A stretch of DNA of 63,331 nucleotides from a virus. Taxonomy: Duplodnaviria; Caudoviricetes. Position numbers and translations under genes: made by a program. The notes beneath the pieces were generated by a model. It did no database searches, was not told the origin of the DNA, and was given only the letters and a program-made list of their open reading frames with translations. Below are positions 36,455-46,342 of this stretch, in pieces. The stretch covers positions 1-63,331 of IMG/VR virus record IMGVR_UViG_3300037247_000518; one strand, written 5' to 3'. Every line of letters begins with the position of its first letter. The stretch's first letter is position 1.

Positions 36455-37830
36455 TGACTGTCCTGCTCCGTGCGCAGCTACACCCTGGTCAGCAGCGGGC
36501 CCAGGACTCGAAGAAAAAAGTCGTTATCGTTATCGCAGGTACTGGCGGTGGGAAAACTGCATACTCGCCACTCTGGGTTCTGACGGAACGCGCGCGCCTG
36601 GCTGAACGCGGTATCATAGCAAGCTCGGGCATTGTCGTTGCGCCGTATAAGATTCTGCGGCGCACGACCATGCCTACTTTTCTACGCCTGTTTGAGCATA
36701 AGTTAAAGTTAGGCCAGTGGGAGTCGAGACAGGACGGCATCTGGAAATTCTATGATGGTGGCTATATATACTTTTGTAGCGCCGACACTCCAGAGTCAAT
36801 CGAGGGTGCGCACGTACACTGGGCTGCTTTGGATGAATGCGGACAGCGCCAGTTTCCTGAGGAGTCTTTTCGTGCGGCCGAGAGACGCGTCCGGTTTCAC
36901 GAGGGTCGTATACTTGGCACGACCACACCCTATGTACTGGGCTGGCTAAAGGCGCTATCCGATGCGACGAAGTTGCCCAAAGATGATCCTGCGTCTCGTC
37001 AAGACGTAGAGATCATCAACTTCCCGTCAGTCGAGAACCCCAAGTTCCCCGTAGCTGAGTTCGAGCGCGCCCGTGCAACGCTCCCGCCTTGGATGTTCAG
37101 GATGTTCTACATGGGTGAGTGGGACAGACCGGCTGGGTTAGTTTACTCGATGCTGACAGACGACCACTGGATCAACTTCTCCAAGCTCCCCTCTGAATGG
37201 AAAAGGTGGCCTGGTTATACTGGCGTGGACTTCGGCTACAACAACCCACACGTAAATCTCTATGGGGCTCTCTCGCCGGAAGACGTTCTCTATGTCTTCG
37301 ATGAATACTATGAAACTGAACGCACGAACGCGGAGAACGCGCGTGCCGCTCCGCACAGGCAGAAAGTGACTCTGGGTTGGGGCGATCCGGCTGCACCCGA
37401 AGCGATAGCAGAGTTTGTCAACCAGCATTGGCGGCTTACTGCTGCGCCACGGCATGCAGTACTCGACGGATTGAAGGAAGTCTTCGAGCGGATGATGAGT
37501 GGAAGGCTATTCTTTGTCAGAGGTAGACTCTCTGAGCTGTCTAAAGAACTCGACTCCTACGTCTGGAATGCTGAGAAGCCAGACGAGGTCATTAAGCTAC
37601 ATGACCACTGTGCTGATGCGCTGCGGTATCTCTGTTGGGGGCTAAAGAGTTCCGGGCACGCGCTGCCTGAGCAGCCCGCCTCGCCCGGGCGCATGGGCGC
37701 GTGGCAGACTCCCCCTGATATTGGAGCAGAGCCAATGCCTACTGCTGGATCGCCGCTGCTGTCTCTAGGCACGAGGCAGCGAACAGGGTCGCGGCTCTCT
37801 GGATTGCCACGTAGATTCACTGGGAGGTGA
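36454..37830 (+). CDS. terL: Terminase large subunit
   Basis: AGTGGGKT, AALDE, TTTP, GVDFG, DHCADALRY. Confidence 0.93.
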   Translation: MTVLLRAQLHPGQQRAQDSKKKVVIVIAGTGGGKTAYSPLWVLTERARLAERGIIASSGIVVAPYKILRRTTMPTFLRLFEHKLKLGQWESRQDGIWKFYDGGYIYFCSADTPESIEGAHVHWAALDECGQRQFPEESFRAAERRVRFHEGRILGTTTPYVLGWLKALSDATKLPKDDPASRQDVEIINFPSVENPKFPVAEFERARATLPPWMFRMFYMGEWDRPAGLVYSMLTDDHWINFSKLPSEWKRWPGYTGVDFGYNNPHVNLYGALSPEDVLYVFDEYYETERTNAENARAAPHRQKVTLGWGDPAAPEAIAEFVNQHWRLTAAPRHAVLDGLKEVFERMMSGRLFFVRGRLSELSKELDSYVWNAEKPDEVIKLHDHCADALRYLCWGLKSSGHALPEQPASPGRMGAWQTPPDIGAEPMPTAGSPLLSLGTRQRTGSRLSGLPRRFTGR

Positions 37831-37834
37831 TAAG

Positions 37835-38053
37835 ATGGATGAGAATACAGACGACTTAATTCGGAAGATAAATGAAGGCGACCAGCTCGCTTCGAGTATC
37901 AAGCAGACGGCAGCTATGACGGTTGAGATATTCAAGCAATTTCGAGAATCGAATGAAATGACGAGGAAGGAGGCCTTCGTGATGACACAGACATGGCTCA
38001 CAGCTCTGCTTACCTCCGATATACGGCGGGGTGATCAGCGCGCGGAGCCTTGA
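37835..38053 (+). CDS. Hypothetical protein
   Basis: GGAGGTG RBS. Confidence 0.5.
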   Translation: MDENTDDLIRKINEGDQLASSIKQTAAMTVEIFKQFRESNEMTRKEAFVMTQTWLTALLTSDIRRGDQRAEP

Positions 38054-38060
38054 CCGACTA

Positions 38061-38089
38061 TTGACTTTACTTGGCTTGTGTGGTACACT
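38061..38089 (+). promoter_or_regulatory. Sigma70-type promoter upstream of portal
   Basis: TTGACT-17 nt-TACACT with extended TG. Confidence 0.7.
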
Positions 38090-38209
38090 CGCGCATGAGA
38101 GGGGGAGATGAAGATGGTTCGTAGGATCTTTCTCTGGTTCTCGGGTTTTCGCCAGCGCAGAAGGATCGATTCGCGGTTACGCGCATTGAAACTACAGTAG
38201 GAGGGATGT

Positions 38210-39592
38210 ATGGTTAGCGAGCCTCGGGTAGATGTGTCTGGTCAGACGGACGGTGTCCCTTCTCCGTTCGCTGAGATGGGGACAACTGGACTTAAAAGGT
38301 TTGGCGGCGAAGTTCAGGAAGAGTTTGATCCTAATCTTCGCGGCATCCGGGGTGTCCGAGTCTTCGATGAGATGCGGCGTAATGATCCTGACATCGGAGC
38401 GATCCTGTTTGCTATCCTGCATGTCACATTAGGGTCTCAGTGGGAAGTTGCGGCTGCAAGCGAGAGCCAGCCGGACCTGGATGCGGCGGAATTCATCAGA
38501 CAGTGCCTCTTCGAGGACATGTCACATAGCTGGCGTGACTTCGTCGTTGACGCGATGACTTCAAATGCCTTCGGGTGGGCGCTGTTCGAGGTCGTCTACA
38601 AGCAGCGTCTAGGTGTTGAAGGCGACACGCCGAGCCGCTTCAGCGATGGCAGAATCGGCCTCAGGAAGCTCGGGCTGCGTGGCCAGGAAACACTTGCGCG
38701 CTGGGTATTTGACGAACACGGTGGCATTCAGGCTATGATCCAGCGCGGCGCACCAGATTTCAAAGAAGTCGTTATCCCCATTGCGAAAGCTCTCCTCATA
38801 CGTACGACAAGCGAGAAGAACAACCCTGAAGGGATTAGTCTGCTCCGCAACGCTTATCGACCCTATTACATCAAGACCAACATGGAGGAGATTGAGGTCA
38901 TAGGCGCCGAGCGCGACATGACGGGCGTGCTGAAAATCATGCTCCCCGCGAACGCGTCTGAAGCAGACAAAGCCAAGGCGCGAGAGATGGGAGAGCGCTA
39001 TCATGTCGATGACCAGACATACTTCCTGCTGCAACGATTCGGCGCGGAGCCACACCTAGGATGGGACATCGACGTAATCCAGACGCCAGGCAAGAAGGTC
39101 GTCGATACCGATAAGACGATTACAAGGTGCAGTACGTTTATTATGAGGAGCGTGCTGGCGCAGTTCTTGACTCTGGGCGCGGCGGGGCGCACTGGGTCAT
39201 TTGCGCTCGCGAATTCGCAGAAGGACCTCTGGCACCTTGCCGTTAAGGGGCGCCTCGATACATTTGCGGATGAGATCAACATGTATCTCATCCCGAAACT
39301 TTTTTTGCTGAATGCATTCCCGGGTATAACCGGACTCCCGAAGCTGAATCACAGCGATCCTGGCGAACTAGAGATGGCTGAGCTAACGCCATTCCTCCGT
39401 GTGATGGGTGGACTAGGCCTTATCAGGCCCACGCAAGAGGTCCTTGAGCATCTGCACGCAGTCGGTAATCTGCCGCCGCCGCCGCCCGATGCAATCGACG
39501 AATTCAAAAAGGAGCAAGAGCCTAAGCCTGAGCCAACTAATCTGCCTAATAACCCCGAGCGGCAGCACCAGACACAGAACGATGGCGCGTAA
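38210..39592 (+). CDS. Portal protein (DUF935 / Mu gp29-like)
   Basis: FDEMRRND, FGWALFEVVY, NPEGISLLRNAY, GSFALA; position after terL. Confidence 0.88.
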   Translation: MVSEPRVDVSGQTDGVPSPFAEMGTTGLKRFGGEVQEEFDPNLRGIRGVRVFDEMRRNDPDIGAILFAILHVTLGSQWEVAAASESQPDLDAAEFIRQCLFEDMSHSWRDFVVDAMTSNAFGWALFEVVYKQRLGVEGDTPSRFSDGRIGLRKLGLRGQETLARWVFDEHGGIQAMIQRGAPDFKEVVIPIAKALLIRTTSEKNNPEGISLLRNAYRPYYIKTNMEEIEVIGAERDMTGVLKIMLPANASEADKAKAREMGERYHVDDQTYFLLQRFGAEPHLGWDIDVIQTPGKKVVDTDKTITRCSTFIMRSVLAQFLTLGAAGRTGSFALANSQKDLWHLAVKGRLDTFADEINMYLIPKLFLLNAFPGITGLPKLNHSDPGELEMAELTPFLRVMGGLGLIRPTQEVLEHLHAVGNLPPPPPDAIDEFKKEQEPKPEPTNLPNNPERQHQTQNDGA

Positions 39593-39980
39593 AGATTTCG
39601 CATCAATAGGTCTTGAAGTCAGGATGCACGGCTTCAAGCGCGCGCTGAGCAAGCTCGACCCCGCTAGAGCAGAACGCGCGCTCGACCAGGGGCTTGATCG
39701 TGGCTCGCAATTTGTCTTTGACACAATTAAGGCACAGTCTCGTGTTAAGACGGCGCGGTACTTTCTCTCTTGGGTGCGTGAGCGTGTCTCGTCCAGTCTA
39801 TACAGGATCACCAACGCTGAATCTTATGCCGAGTTCGTGACGGGCAGGACGCAGCACACGACGCTCGAAGGCGGCAGGCGGCGGGGCGCCGCCGCAGCAT
39901 TTATGCGCAAGATAAGCCGGGAGGTACTCCCGACTGTCAGAAAGCTCATGGACGAAAGCATTAGGGAGCATATGACTTAA
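39582..39980 (+). CDS. Putative HK97 gp10-like virion completion protein
   Basis: RVKT...NAESYAEFV...G pattern. Confidence 0.45.
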   Translation: MARKDFASIGLEVRMHGFKRALSKLDPARAERALDQGLDRGSQFVFDTIKAQSRVKTARYFLSWVRERVSSSLYRITNAESYAEFVTGRTQHTTLEGGRRRGAAAAFMRKISREVLPTVRKLMDESIREHMT

Positions 39981-40156
39981 TGCCTAGCACTTCTCACCAT
40001 CAGCATGTCTTCATCTGCCGTCGTAACCCAATGGCTCATAACTGCTTCCTCGACTCATGTGTGGAAATCCTTGTGATCTGCCCAGAGTGCGGAAGCGCAG
40101 GCCGCATGCTGGTCCTTACGTTCAGCAATAGTGGCATCTGGGAAGAAGTCGAATAA
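39980..40156 (+). CDS. Small Cys-rich protein (58 aa, not in ORF track)
   Basis: TAATG coupling; CPECG. Confidence 0.45.
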   Translation: MPSTSHHQHVFICRRNPMAHNCFLDSCVEILVICPECGSAGRMLVLTFSNSGIWEEVE

Positions 40157-40157
40157 G

Positions 40158-40472
40158 ATGTACGTGTTGCGCAGGACGGTCGGTACCTCAATTACAATCA
40201 AGGCAAGTGATGCTGTGATACGGCTCAAGCTCGTAGGTATTGACTGGCTCGGCGCTTGTGCTCTCCTACACATCACGAGAAATGGAGAGCCGCCTAGACC
40301 GATGGAGATGGGTCCTGGCGAGACTGTCTCTCTCCACCCCGACGTGCAGTTTCAATTGTTAAGGCTCTCGTACGCTACGCACGATGGCACACCCGCCCGC
40401 GTAGCGGAGTTCGGCATCGACGCGCCACGTTCGATAGCTGTGAGACGTTCGGAGACTGAGAATGGCCCTTGA
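40158..40472 (+). CDS. CsrA/RsmA-like RNA-binding protein, about double length
   Basis: N-terminal MYVLRRTVGTSITI and C-terminal FGIDAPRSIAVRRSE match the CsrA termini. Confidence 0.65.
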   Translation: MYVLRRTVGTSITIKASDAVIRLKLVGIDWLGACALLHITRNGEPPRPMEMGPGETVSLHPDVQFQLLRLSYATHDGTPARVAEFGIDAPRSIAVRRSETENGP

Positions 40473-40612
40473 CAACCGGGGACCACCTGTGCTATACCAT
40501 AAATAGCTAGGCGGGGTCGCGCTTGCGCGACTCGCGACCAGGCTAGCCAGCACGCCGTAGATGGATGATCCAGATTGCTCCATCTGCGGCGTTCCTTTAT
40601 GGAGGAGATGCG

Positions 40613-42343
40613 ATGCCGTTCTCAGGCCCAAGTGACAAGTCTCTCCCGAGCAACGTGAAGAAGCTCGGCGCGAAACAGAAGCGTCGATGGGTTAGCGTCT
40701 TCAACTCCGCTTTCTCGAAGTGTAGGAAAGATGGCGGTAAGGACTGCGAGGCGTCTGCTTTTAGGCAGGCAAACGGAGTCCTCAAGAACGCCTCTACGAC
40801 ATTTGCCGGACTGCTAGGGGGTAAGAACGCATTAGGCCGCTCAGTTATCGAGCTACAGGCCGCCGAACCTCCAGAGTCGATCAACATCTTCCCTTCACCT
40901 GGTATCTATAAACATCCTGTATGGGGTGATATGGAGGTCACATCTGAGGGCAATAAGCTGTTTGTAGATAACTTCAATGCACACGTCTACCAGCAGGAAA
41001 TCCCTATTGATGCTGAACACGACGGGAAGCTCTCCGGCGCAGTCGGGTACATCAGAGAACTAGTGCTGAATGATGACGAGAGCATCGAGGCTTCAGTTGA
41101 GTGGACAGATCGCGGAGAGACGCTTATCAAGGACGATGCCTTTAAGTACATCTCGCCTGAGTGGTTCGAGGAGTGGACGGACCCCGCATCGCATGAGGAC
41201 TTCGAGAATATCATGATCGGTGCTGCGCTGACAAACCATCCTTTCTTCAAGAATCTTCGCTCGCTTGTTGCGAGTGAGGGTAGACTCTACGATGCGGGCG
41301 AAGGCGATACGGTAGAGAGAATTCCTCTGGTTAGGAGTACCGCTGAAGGTATTTCATACGGGGACCTCACGACACTCGTGATGAGTGCTGCCCGTCATGA
41401 ATTCCCTGGAGTCTTCGGGCACAGTGAATATGGAGGTTGGGTTGCGGACCTCTATGACGATTATGCAATCATAGAAAACGGTAATCATTATTTCCGGGTT
41501 GATTACAGCTACTCAGGAGAGGAGGTTACATTTTCTGGACAGCCTATCGAAGTAGTACGGCACACAGTCTGGGATGCTGCGCCGCATGCAGCAACAGGAG
41601 AAAAGGAGGAACACGTGGCAGAAGTCAAGGTCGAAGACCTAGATGTCGAGAAGATGGAAGAGAAGGACCAAATGAACCTCTTCCAGCGCCTCGCCAAGCT
41701 CACTAAGGCTACTATCAGTTTTGGTAGCAATGGTGAAGAAGAAGAGGAAGAGGAGGAAGAGGAAGAAGAGGAGACTGGCGGCGATACCGACTCCAAGACC
41801 GCTGCCGAGATCACCTCGCTGCAATCGCGACTCGAAACAAGCGAGAAGCAGCGTATAGCGACTGAAGGCCGCCTTACTGGCCTTGAGACTGAAGGCCGTG
41901 AACGGCGCATGCGCGACATTATCCTTGGTCGAGATGAGCCGTCTGTCAGACAGGCTGCGGAATCGGAAGGTGCTGTACCAGCGCTGCGCCCGATGGTTGG
42001 GGAACTTGCGGACAAGCTCACAATCATGACGGTACTCGCTGAGACGAAGGGTGAGGACTCCGCTGAGTTTAAGGCCTACGTGGCGGGGGAGCGCGAGCAC
42101 GCCAACCAGCTTCACGAGGCGGGGATGTTCTCTGAGGCGGGGGTGGACTCGTCCGGCGGGCCGGTTACTGCATCGGCTGATGACGAGTTTGAGAAGCGCA
42201 TCAAGGTGCTGACCGAAGGCGAGAGCAAGATGCCTCGCGACGAGGCTATCGCGAAGGTCGCGGCGGAAGACCCGAAGCTCTACAACGCGTACGACAAAGA
42301 GCACACAGGGCGTAGGGGCACGCACTCCGGCTCAAGCTCGTAG
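40613..42343 (+). CDS. ChaB-domain prohead protease (Mu I-like) with nested scaffold (GTG 41615)
   Basis: LPSNVK..WVSVFNSA ChaB; IDAEH, AVGYI, WT.RG, YISPE, GAALTNHP; internal AAGGAGG RBS. Confidence 0.85.
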   Translation: MPFSGPSDKSLPSNVKKLGAKQKRRWVSVFNSAFSKCRKDGGKDCEASAFRQANGVLKNASTTFAGLLGGKNALGRSVIELQAAEPPESINIFPSPGIYKHPVWGDMEVTSEGNKLFVDNFNAHVYQQEIPIDAEHDGKLSGAVGYIRELVLNDDESIEASVEWTDRGETLIKDDAFKYISPEWFEEWTDPASHEDFENIMIGAALTNHPFFKNLRSLVASEGRLYDAGEGDTVERIPLVRSTAEGISYGDLTTLVMSAARHEFPGVFGHSEYGGWVADLYDDYAIIENGNHYFRVDYSYSGEEVTFSGQPIEVVRHTVWDAAPHAATGEKEEHVAEVKVEDLDVEKMEEKDQMNLFQRLAKLTKATISFGSNGEEEEEEEEEEEEETGGDTDSKTAAEITSLQSRLETSEKQRIATEGRLTGLETEGRERRMRDIILGRDEPSVRQAAESEGAVPALRPMVGELADKLTIMTVLAETKGEDSAEFKAYVAGEREHANQLHEAGMFSEAGVDSSGGPVTASADDEFEKRIKVLTEGESKMPRDEAIAKVAAEDPKLYNAYDKEHTGRRGTHSGSSS

Positions 42344-42368
42344 TAGCTCTGAAGGAAGGAGGTAGAAC

Positions 42369-42749
42369 ATGACCCTAACACGAAGGCAAAACACTGTGAC
42401 GATTCCGGCAAGTGGAGACCTGTCTACTAACCAGTTTCGTCTTATGACGCTTGATGCCAATGGGCGGCTTGTAGCGGGAGCGGATGCTGCCACTCCGTTT
42501 ATTGGTGTGCTACTCAACAAGCCTAGCGCCGTTGACCGTGAAGGTGAAGTCGCTATTGTTGGTAGCATTGTCAAGATTGAGGCTGGTGCCGCAATCAACG
42601 AACGAGATGCCATCCAGGCTGTTGCGGGTGGCCGGGGTTCCGCGACGACAACCGAGAATGACTTCGTTGTTGGACGAGCCATTTCCGCAGCTTCGGGTAG
42701 TGGTGTGTTGTTCGAGTGTGAAATCAGTCCACAGGCACTCGGCGCGTAG
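42369..42749 (+). CDS. Capsid cement/decoration protein (DUF2190-like)
   Basis: IGVL...AGAAI...VGRAISAA; between scaffold and major capsid gene. Confidence 0.75.
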   Translation: MTLTRRQNTVTIPASGDLSTNQFRLMTLDANGRLVAGADAATPFIGVLLNKPSAVDREGEVAIVGSIVKIEAGAAINERDAIQAVAGGRGSATTTENDFVVGRAISAASGSGVLFECEISPQALGA

Positions 42750-42777
42750 TCTGAATAAGGGAAAGGAGTAAGAGTCA

Positions 42778-43758
42778 ATGCCACAGCCAGACGTAGGCGA
42801 CCTGCATGTCAACGCTCTGTTGACCGATATCAGCATCGCCCACCTGAACAAGGATGAACATTACGTCGCGGACAGGATGTTCCCCCTTGTGGGCGTCGAA
42901 AAGCAGTCAGACCTCTACCAGATTTACACGAGAGGCACTTTCTTCCAGGGTTCAGAAGACGCGCAGTCTATGCGCGCTCTCCTGCGAGCGCCTGGTACTA
43001 GAGCGCCCGTTGCGGGCTACGCACTCTCCAACGCCTCGTTCCGTTGCGACAACTTCGCAGTGGGTGTCGAGATTGCGGACGAGCAGCGAGGCAACGCTGA
43101 CGCGGTGTTCAACCTCGACAGAGAAGCAACGATCCTCGCCACGCAGATTCAGCAAATCCGTCGTGAACGAGCGTGGGCAACTGACTTCATGAAGACCGGC
43201 GTGTGGGGTACCGACAAGACGGTCGCTAACAAGTGGTCTGATTACGGCGCCTCAGATCCCTTTACTGACCTCGAGGACGGACTCGATGCAGTGGAGGCCG
43301 CGACAGGAGATCGCCCGAACAAGTTCGCAATGGGCGCAATCGTATGGCGCAGACTGAAGCATCACCCCGACCTGGTGGACAGGATCAAGGGTGGAGCAAC
43401 AACCGACTCTCCGGCTCTGGTGCAGCGTCGCCTGCTTGCATCCATCCTCGAGATCGAAGAGGTGCTAGTAGCGCGGGCATCGTATCGATCTAGTGCAGAG
43501 GGCGCCGCTTCCCTGACGATGGCTCGCATCATCGACGATGACGCGATCTTGCTGTTCGCAACCCCGACTCCGGGTCTCATGACCCCGACGGCGGGCGTCA
43601 CGTTCTTCTGGCGTCCTCTTACTGGAGGCGCCCTTCAGTTCATGCGGAAGTACCGCATGGAGCCTGAGCGCAAGGATGTGATGGAAGCACACAGCTACCT
43701 CGATCAGGTGGCGACCGAGACAGAATCAGGCTACTTCTTCACTGACGTAGTCGATTAG
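42778..43758 (+). CDS. Major capsid protein
   Basis: 326 aa; LTDISIA..N...VADRMFP, RAPG, LKHHP; position. Confidence 0.88.
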   Translation: MPQPDVGDLHVNALLTDISIAHLNKDEHYVADRMFPLVGVEKQSDLYQIYTRGTFFQGSEDAQSMRALLRAPGTRAPVAGYALSNASFRCDNFAVGVEIADEQRGNADAVFNLDREATILATQIQQIRRERAWATDFMKTGVWGTDKTVANKWSDYGASDPFTDLEDGLDAVEAATGDRPNKFAMGAIVWRRLKHHPDLVDRIKGGATTDSPALVQRRLLASILEIEEVLVARASYRSSAEGAASLTMARIIDDDAILLFATPTPGLMTPTAGVTFFWRPLTGGALQFMRKYRMEPERKDVMEAHSYLDQVATETESGYFFTDVVD

Positions 43759-43783
43759 GAAGTAGGAGAAGGGAGGACGATCC

Positions 43784-44302
43784 GTGGCAACAGCAAAGAA
43801 GAGACGCGAACGTCGCGAGAGCTTCGATGAGCCGTCGCCTGAGCCGGGCAAGCCCGCGAAGACGCAGGCATTGAGTCGGAAAGGTCTCTGGGTAGTCAAC
43901 TCTGGCAGGATGAAGCAGTACGGCGACTACGTAATTGAAGGCCCGGGCCAGATTATCAGGCAGCAGTACCTGAGGAACGACGATGTGCTCCTCAAGCTCG
44001 GCTATGTGCGCCCCTTGAAGAGTCGCGACGAAACGACTCAGTGCAAGGCGTGTGGCCTGGTGTTTCTGGGCACTCTCACCGTGGGGCCGTACAAGGCACA
44101 CCTAGCCGCTGCGCGACACGATCTTGCGCAGACAGACCTTGATTCTGGAACGACGCGTCCTGATGGTCGGAAGCGCCGGGTGGGCGATGAGTCCGATCCA
44201 GACTCCGATAGTGGCGGCGATTGGGACCTGGAGCCTGAAGGCGCTCCTGCTCCAAGCAAGCTCGAAGAAGAGAGTCCTAGCGGCGTTCGCGTCTCAATGT
44301 GA
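43784..44302 (+). CDS. Hypothetical protein with C2H2-like motif
   Basis: CKAC...H....H; GGAGG RBS. Confidence 0.5.
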   Translation: MATAKKRRERRESFDEPSPEPGKPAKTQALSRKGLWVVNSGRMKQYGDYVIEGPGQIIRQQYLRNDDVLLKLGYVRPLKSRDETTQCKACGLVFLGTLTVGPYKAHLAAARHDLAQTDLDSGTTRPDGRKRRVGDESDPDSDSGGDWDLEPEGAPAPSKLEEESPSGVRVSM

Positions 44303-44322
44303 AACAGATAAGGAGGTAGCAC

Positions 44323-44628
44323 GTGGGTTTAGAAAAAGTCAGAAGGCGTATGCATGTCGCGGGCGATGTCACTCTCGGCGCGAATGCCGACGCCGGGCTG
44401 ACGCGCCTTGGTGCAAACATGGTCGGCCCGAAGTCGGGAGATACGCTTGGCATTAACACTGGCACAGCAGCCATCGGGACTGCTGACATTCTCGTCAATG
44501 GAGGTCTTCTGCTACGTCAGCAGGCAGCCGGTTCACCATGCATCGCGTTCAGGAACTCGTCGGGTACGATCTACTCGATGTTTTTCGCAGCCGCCGGTGG
44601 CGCGGTCACAGGCACTCCCATTACGTAA
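44323..44628 (+). CDS. Putative virion protein
   Basis: Gly/Ala/Thr-rich; AAGGAGG RBS. Confidence 0.45.
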   Translation: MGLEKVRRRMHVAGDVTLGANADAGLTRLGANMVGPKSGDTLGINTGTAAIGTADILVNGGLLLRQQAAGSPCIAFRNSSGTIYSMFFAAAGGAVTGTPIT

Positions 44629-44656
44629 GAGAGTTAGATGTTGACAGGAGGATCCC

Positions 44657-45532
44657 ATGTCAGACCATCAAAGGAGACGTGCCGTTGTGCTACGGGACTT
44701 CTCCTACACCGAGCGGCCAGGTGAGAAGGAGCTTGCTATCGAGCGTTTCCTGCGTGCTGCACCTGAGCATATTGACATCTCAGTGCAGCCGCCCGAGTTC
44801 AACCTGGTAGAAGAGTTCGTCAGGGGTGCCGACATCCTCATCTCATTTGGCATCAAGAGTTACCCAGATCAGGTCTTCGACTGGCTACTCGCACATCCGA
44901 GACATGTACATGTCTCACAGGACTGGTGGGAGCCGGTACAGCCGCAGAGCGCTTGGCGAGACAGAATCATCGAGCAGGCTGCGGCAGTGATCTTTATGAG
45001 TCCGTTACATCGGGAACGCTACGAGCGTATCTATCGGGTCAAGTCTCACAATGCTCATGTCGTGCCGTTCCCGATGTTGGAAAGCGACTGGATGCACCCT
45101 CCGCAAATCGATCTCGAACCTGAAGAGGCCGTCCTCTGGTGTGCAAGCTGGCACCCGGATTACGGGAACGATCTCATGCTGCGATGGGCTGATCGCGAGA
45201 GGACTCGTGTTCATGCGCATGGGGTGGGGGTCCCGACAGGCGAGATCGCACCACTGGTAGAAGGGCGCGGGTTGATTGCTCTGGATGCTGCTGCTCCGTC
45301 GTTCCTCCCCTATTCTAGGTTCGTCTTCTTCCCGAGAACGCCTATACCTTTCGGCTTTGCATTCATGCTTGCATACATGCTCGGCCTTGAAGTGACTTAC
45401 TCTGGTGAGATCGGCTGCTTGAGCTACATACCTATCGAGACAATCGGCAGAACGAAATGGCGTGGCGTGCTTGATCACTGTAACGATGCTCCCAAAGAGT
45501 TCTGGCGGGTCGTCGAGGAGGTGGCGGCATGA
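44657..45532 (+). CDS. Divergent GT-B glycosyltransferase-like protein
   Basis: VIFMSPLH, FVFFP...PFG...LGLEV resembles the GT4 C-terminal domain. Confidence 0.55.
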   Translation: MSDHQRRRAVVLRDFSYTERPGEKELAIERFLRAAPEHIDISVQPPEFNLVEEFVRGADILISFGIKSYPDQVFDWLLAHPRHVHVSQDWWEPVQPQSAWRDRIIEQAAAVIFMSPLHRERYERIYRVKSHNAHVVPFPMLESDWMHPPQIDLEPEEAVLWCASWHPDYGNDLMLRWADRERTRVHAHGVGVPTGEIAPLVEGRGLIALDAAAPSFLPYSRFVFFPRTPIPFGFAFMLAYMLGLEVTYSGEIGCLSYIPIETIGRTKWRGVLDHCNDAPKEFWRVVEEVAA

Positions 45533-46014
45533 GTGAGACACTACTTACGCCAGCTACTTCTGAGATTGAGGAGCTTCGCGGCATGTCGCTGCTTGAGATG
45601 CGCGAGCCAGGCTGGAATTGGGATAGCCTCGGAGAGAAGCAACGGCCTCAGAAAGCCTGGATGGTTCGAGACGTGGAGAGAGGCGAATCGGCGGCGATCT
45701 TGCGCATCTTTTTTCGGATGTTAGTATGCAAGGAGCGCGAACTACGTGCTGTAGGCATTGGTGGTGTCTGGACATGGCCCGCCCGTCGTGGTCGGGGCTA
45801 CGCTACGGTGTTGCTTGAGAAGACGATGACGAAACTTCGCGCAGAAATGCCCAGCGCAGACATCGTGATCCTCCACTCAGGCCTCCGCAGTCTGTACGCT
45901 CGTCAAGGATTCTCATGGGAGATGGCGCAGGGGTTGTTTGCTACTCCTTTGCATGGCGATGTGTCATTCATCGAAGGCAGGGAGTGGAGCGTCCGCCCTG
46001 AGGGTCACTTCTAA
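45529..46014 (+). CDS. GNAT acetyltransferase
   Basis: GIGGVWT.PARRGRGYA..LL; LYARQGF. Confidence 0.85.
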   Translation: MSETLLTPATSEIEELRGMSLLEMREPGWNWDSLGEKQRPQKAWMVRDVERGESAAILRIFFRMLVCKERELRAVGIGGVWTWPARRGRGYATVLLEKTMTKLRAEMPSADIVILHSGLRSLYARQGFSWEMAQGLFATPLHGDVSFIEGREWSVRPEGHF

Positions 46015-46028
46015 GAAGGAGGTAACAT

Positions 46029-46325
46029 ATGCCGTGGGGATATGGGAGCGCCGCACACGGGACTGCTGGAGTAGGGACTGCCACTGGCACTGCCGTCCCC
46101 GCTAACGATAATCGTAAATACCTACTCCTGATAAACGACAGCGATACAACTATGTATCTCAGCCTTGACGGCGGTGCTGCTGTTGTCAATGAGGGAATTA
46201 GGGTGAACTCTGGAGGCAGCTCGTATGGAATGTCTTTCAAGGGAGGCGATCTCTTCACCGGGGTAATAACGGCTATCCACGGTGGGACGGGGACGAAGAA
46301 GCTGCTCTACACAGAAGGGGTCTAA
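46029..46325 (+). CDS. Small beta-rich virion protein
   Basis: NDNRKYLLLINDSD...GI pattern. Confidence 0.5.
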   Translation: MPWGYGSAAHGTAGVGTATGTAVPANDNRKYLLLINDSDTTMYLSLDGGAAVVNEGIRVNSGGSSYGMSFKGGDLFTGVITAIHGGTGTKKLLYTEGV

Positions 46326-46342
46326 ACTGAACAGTCCATCTA

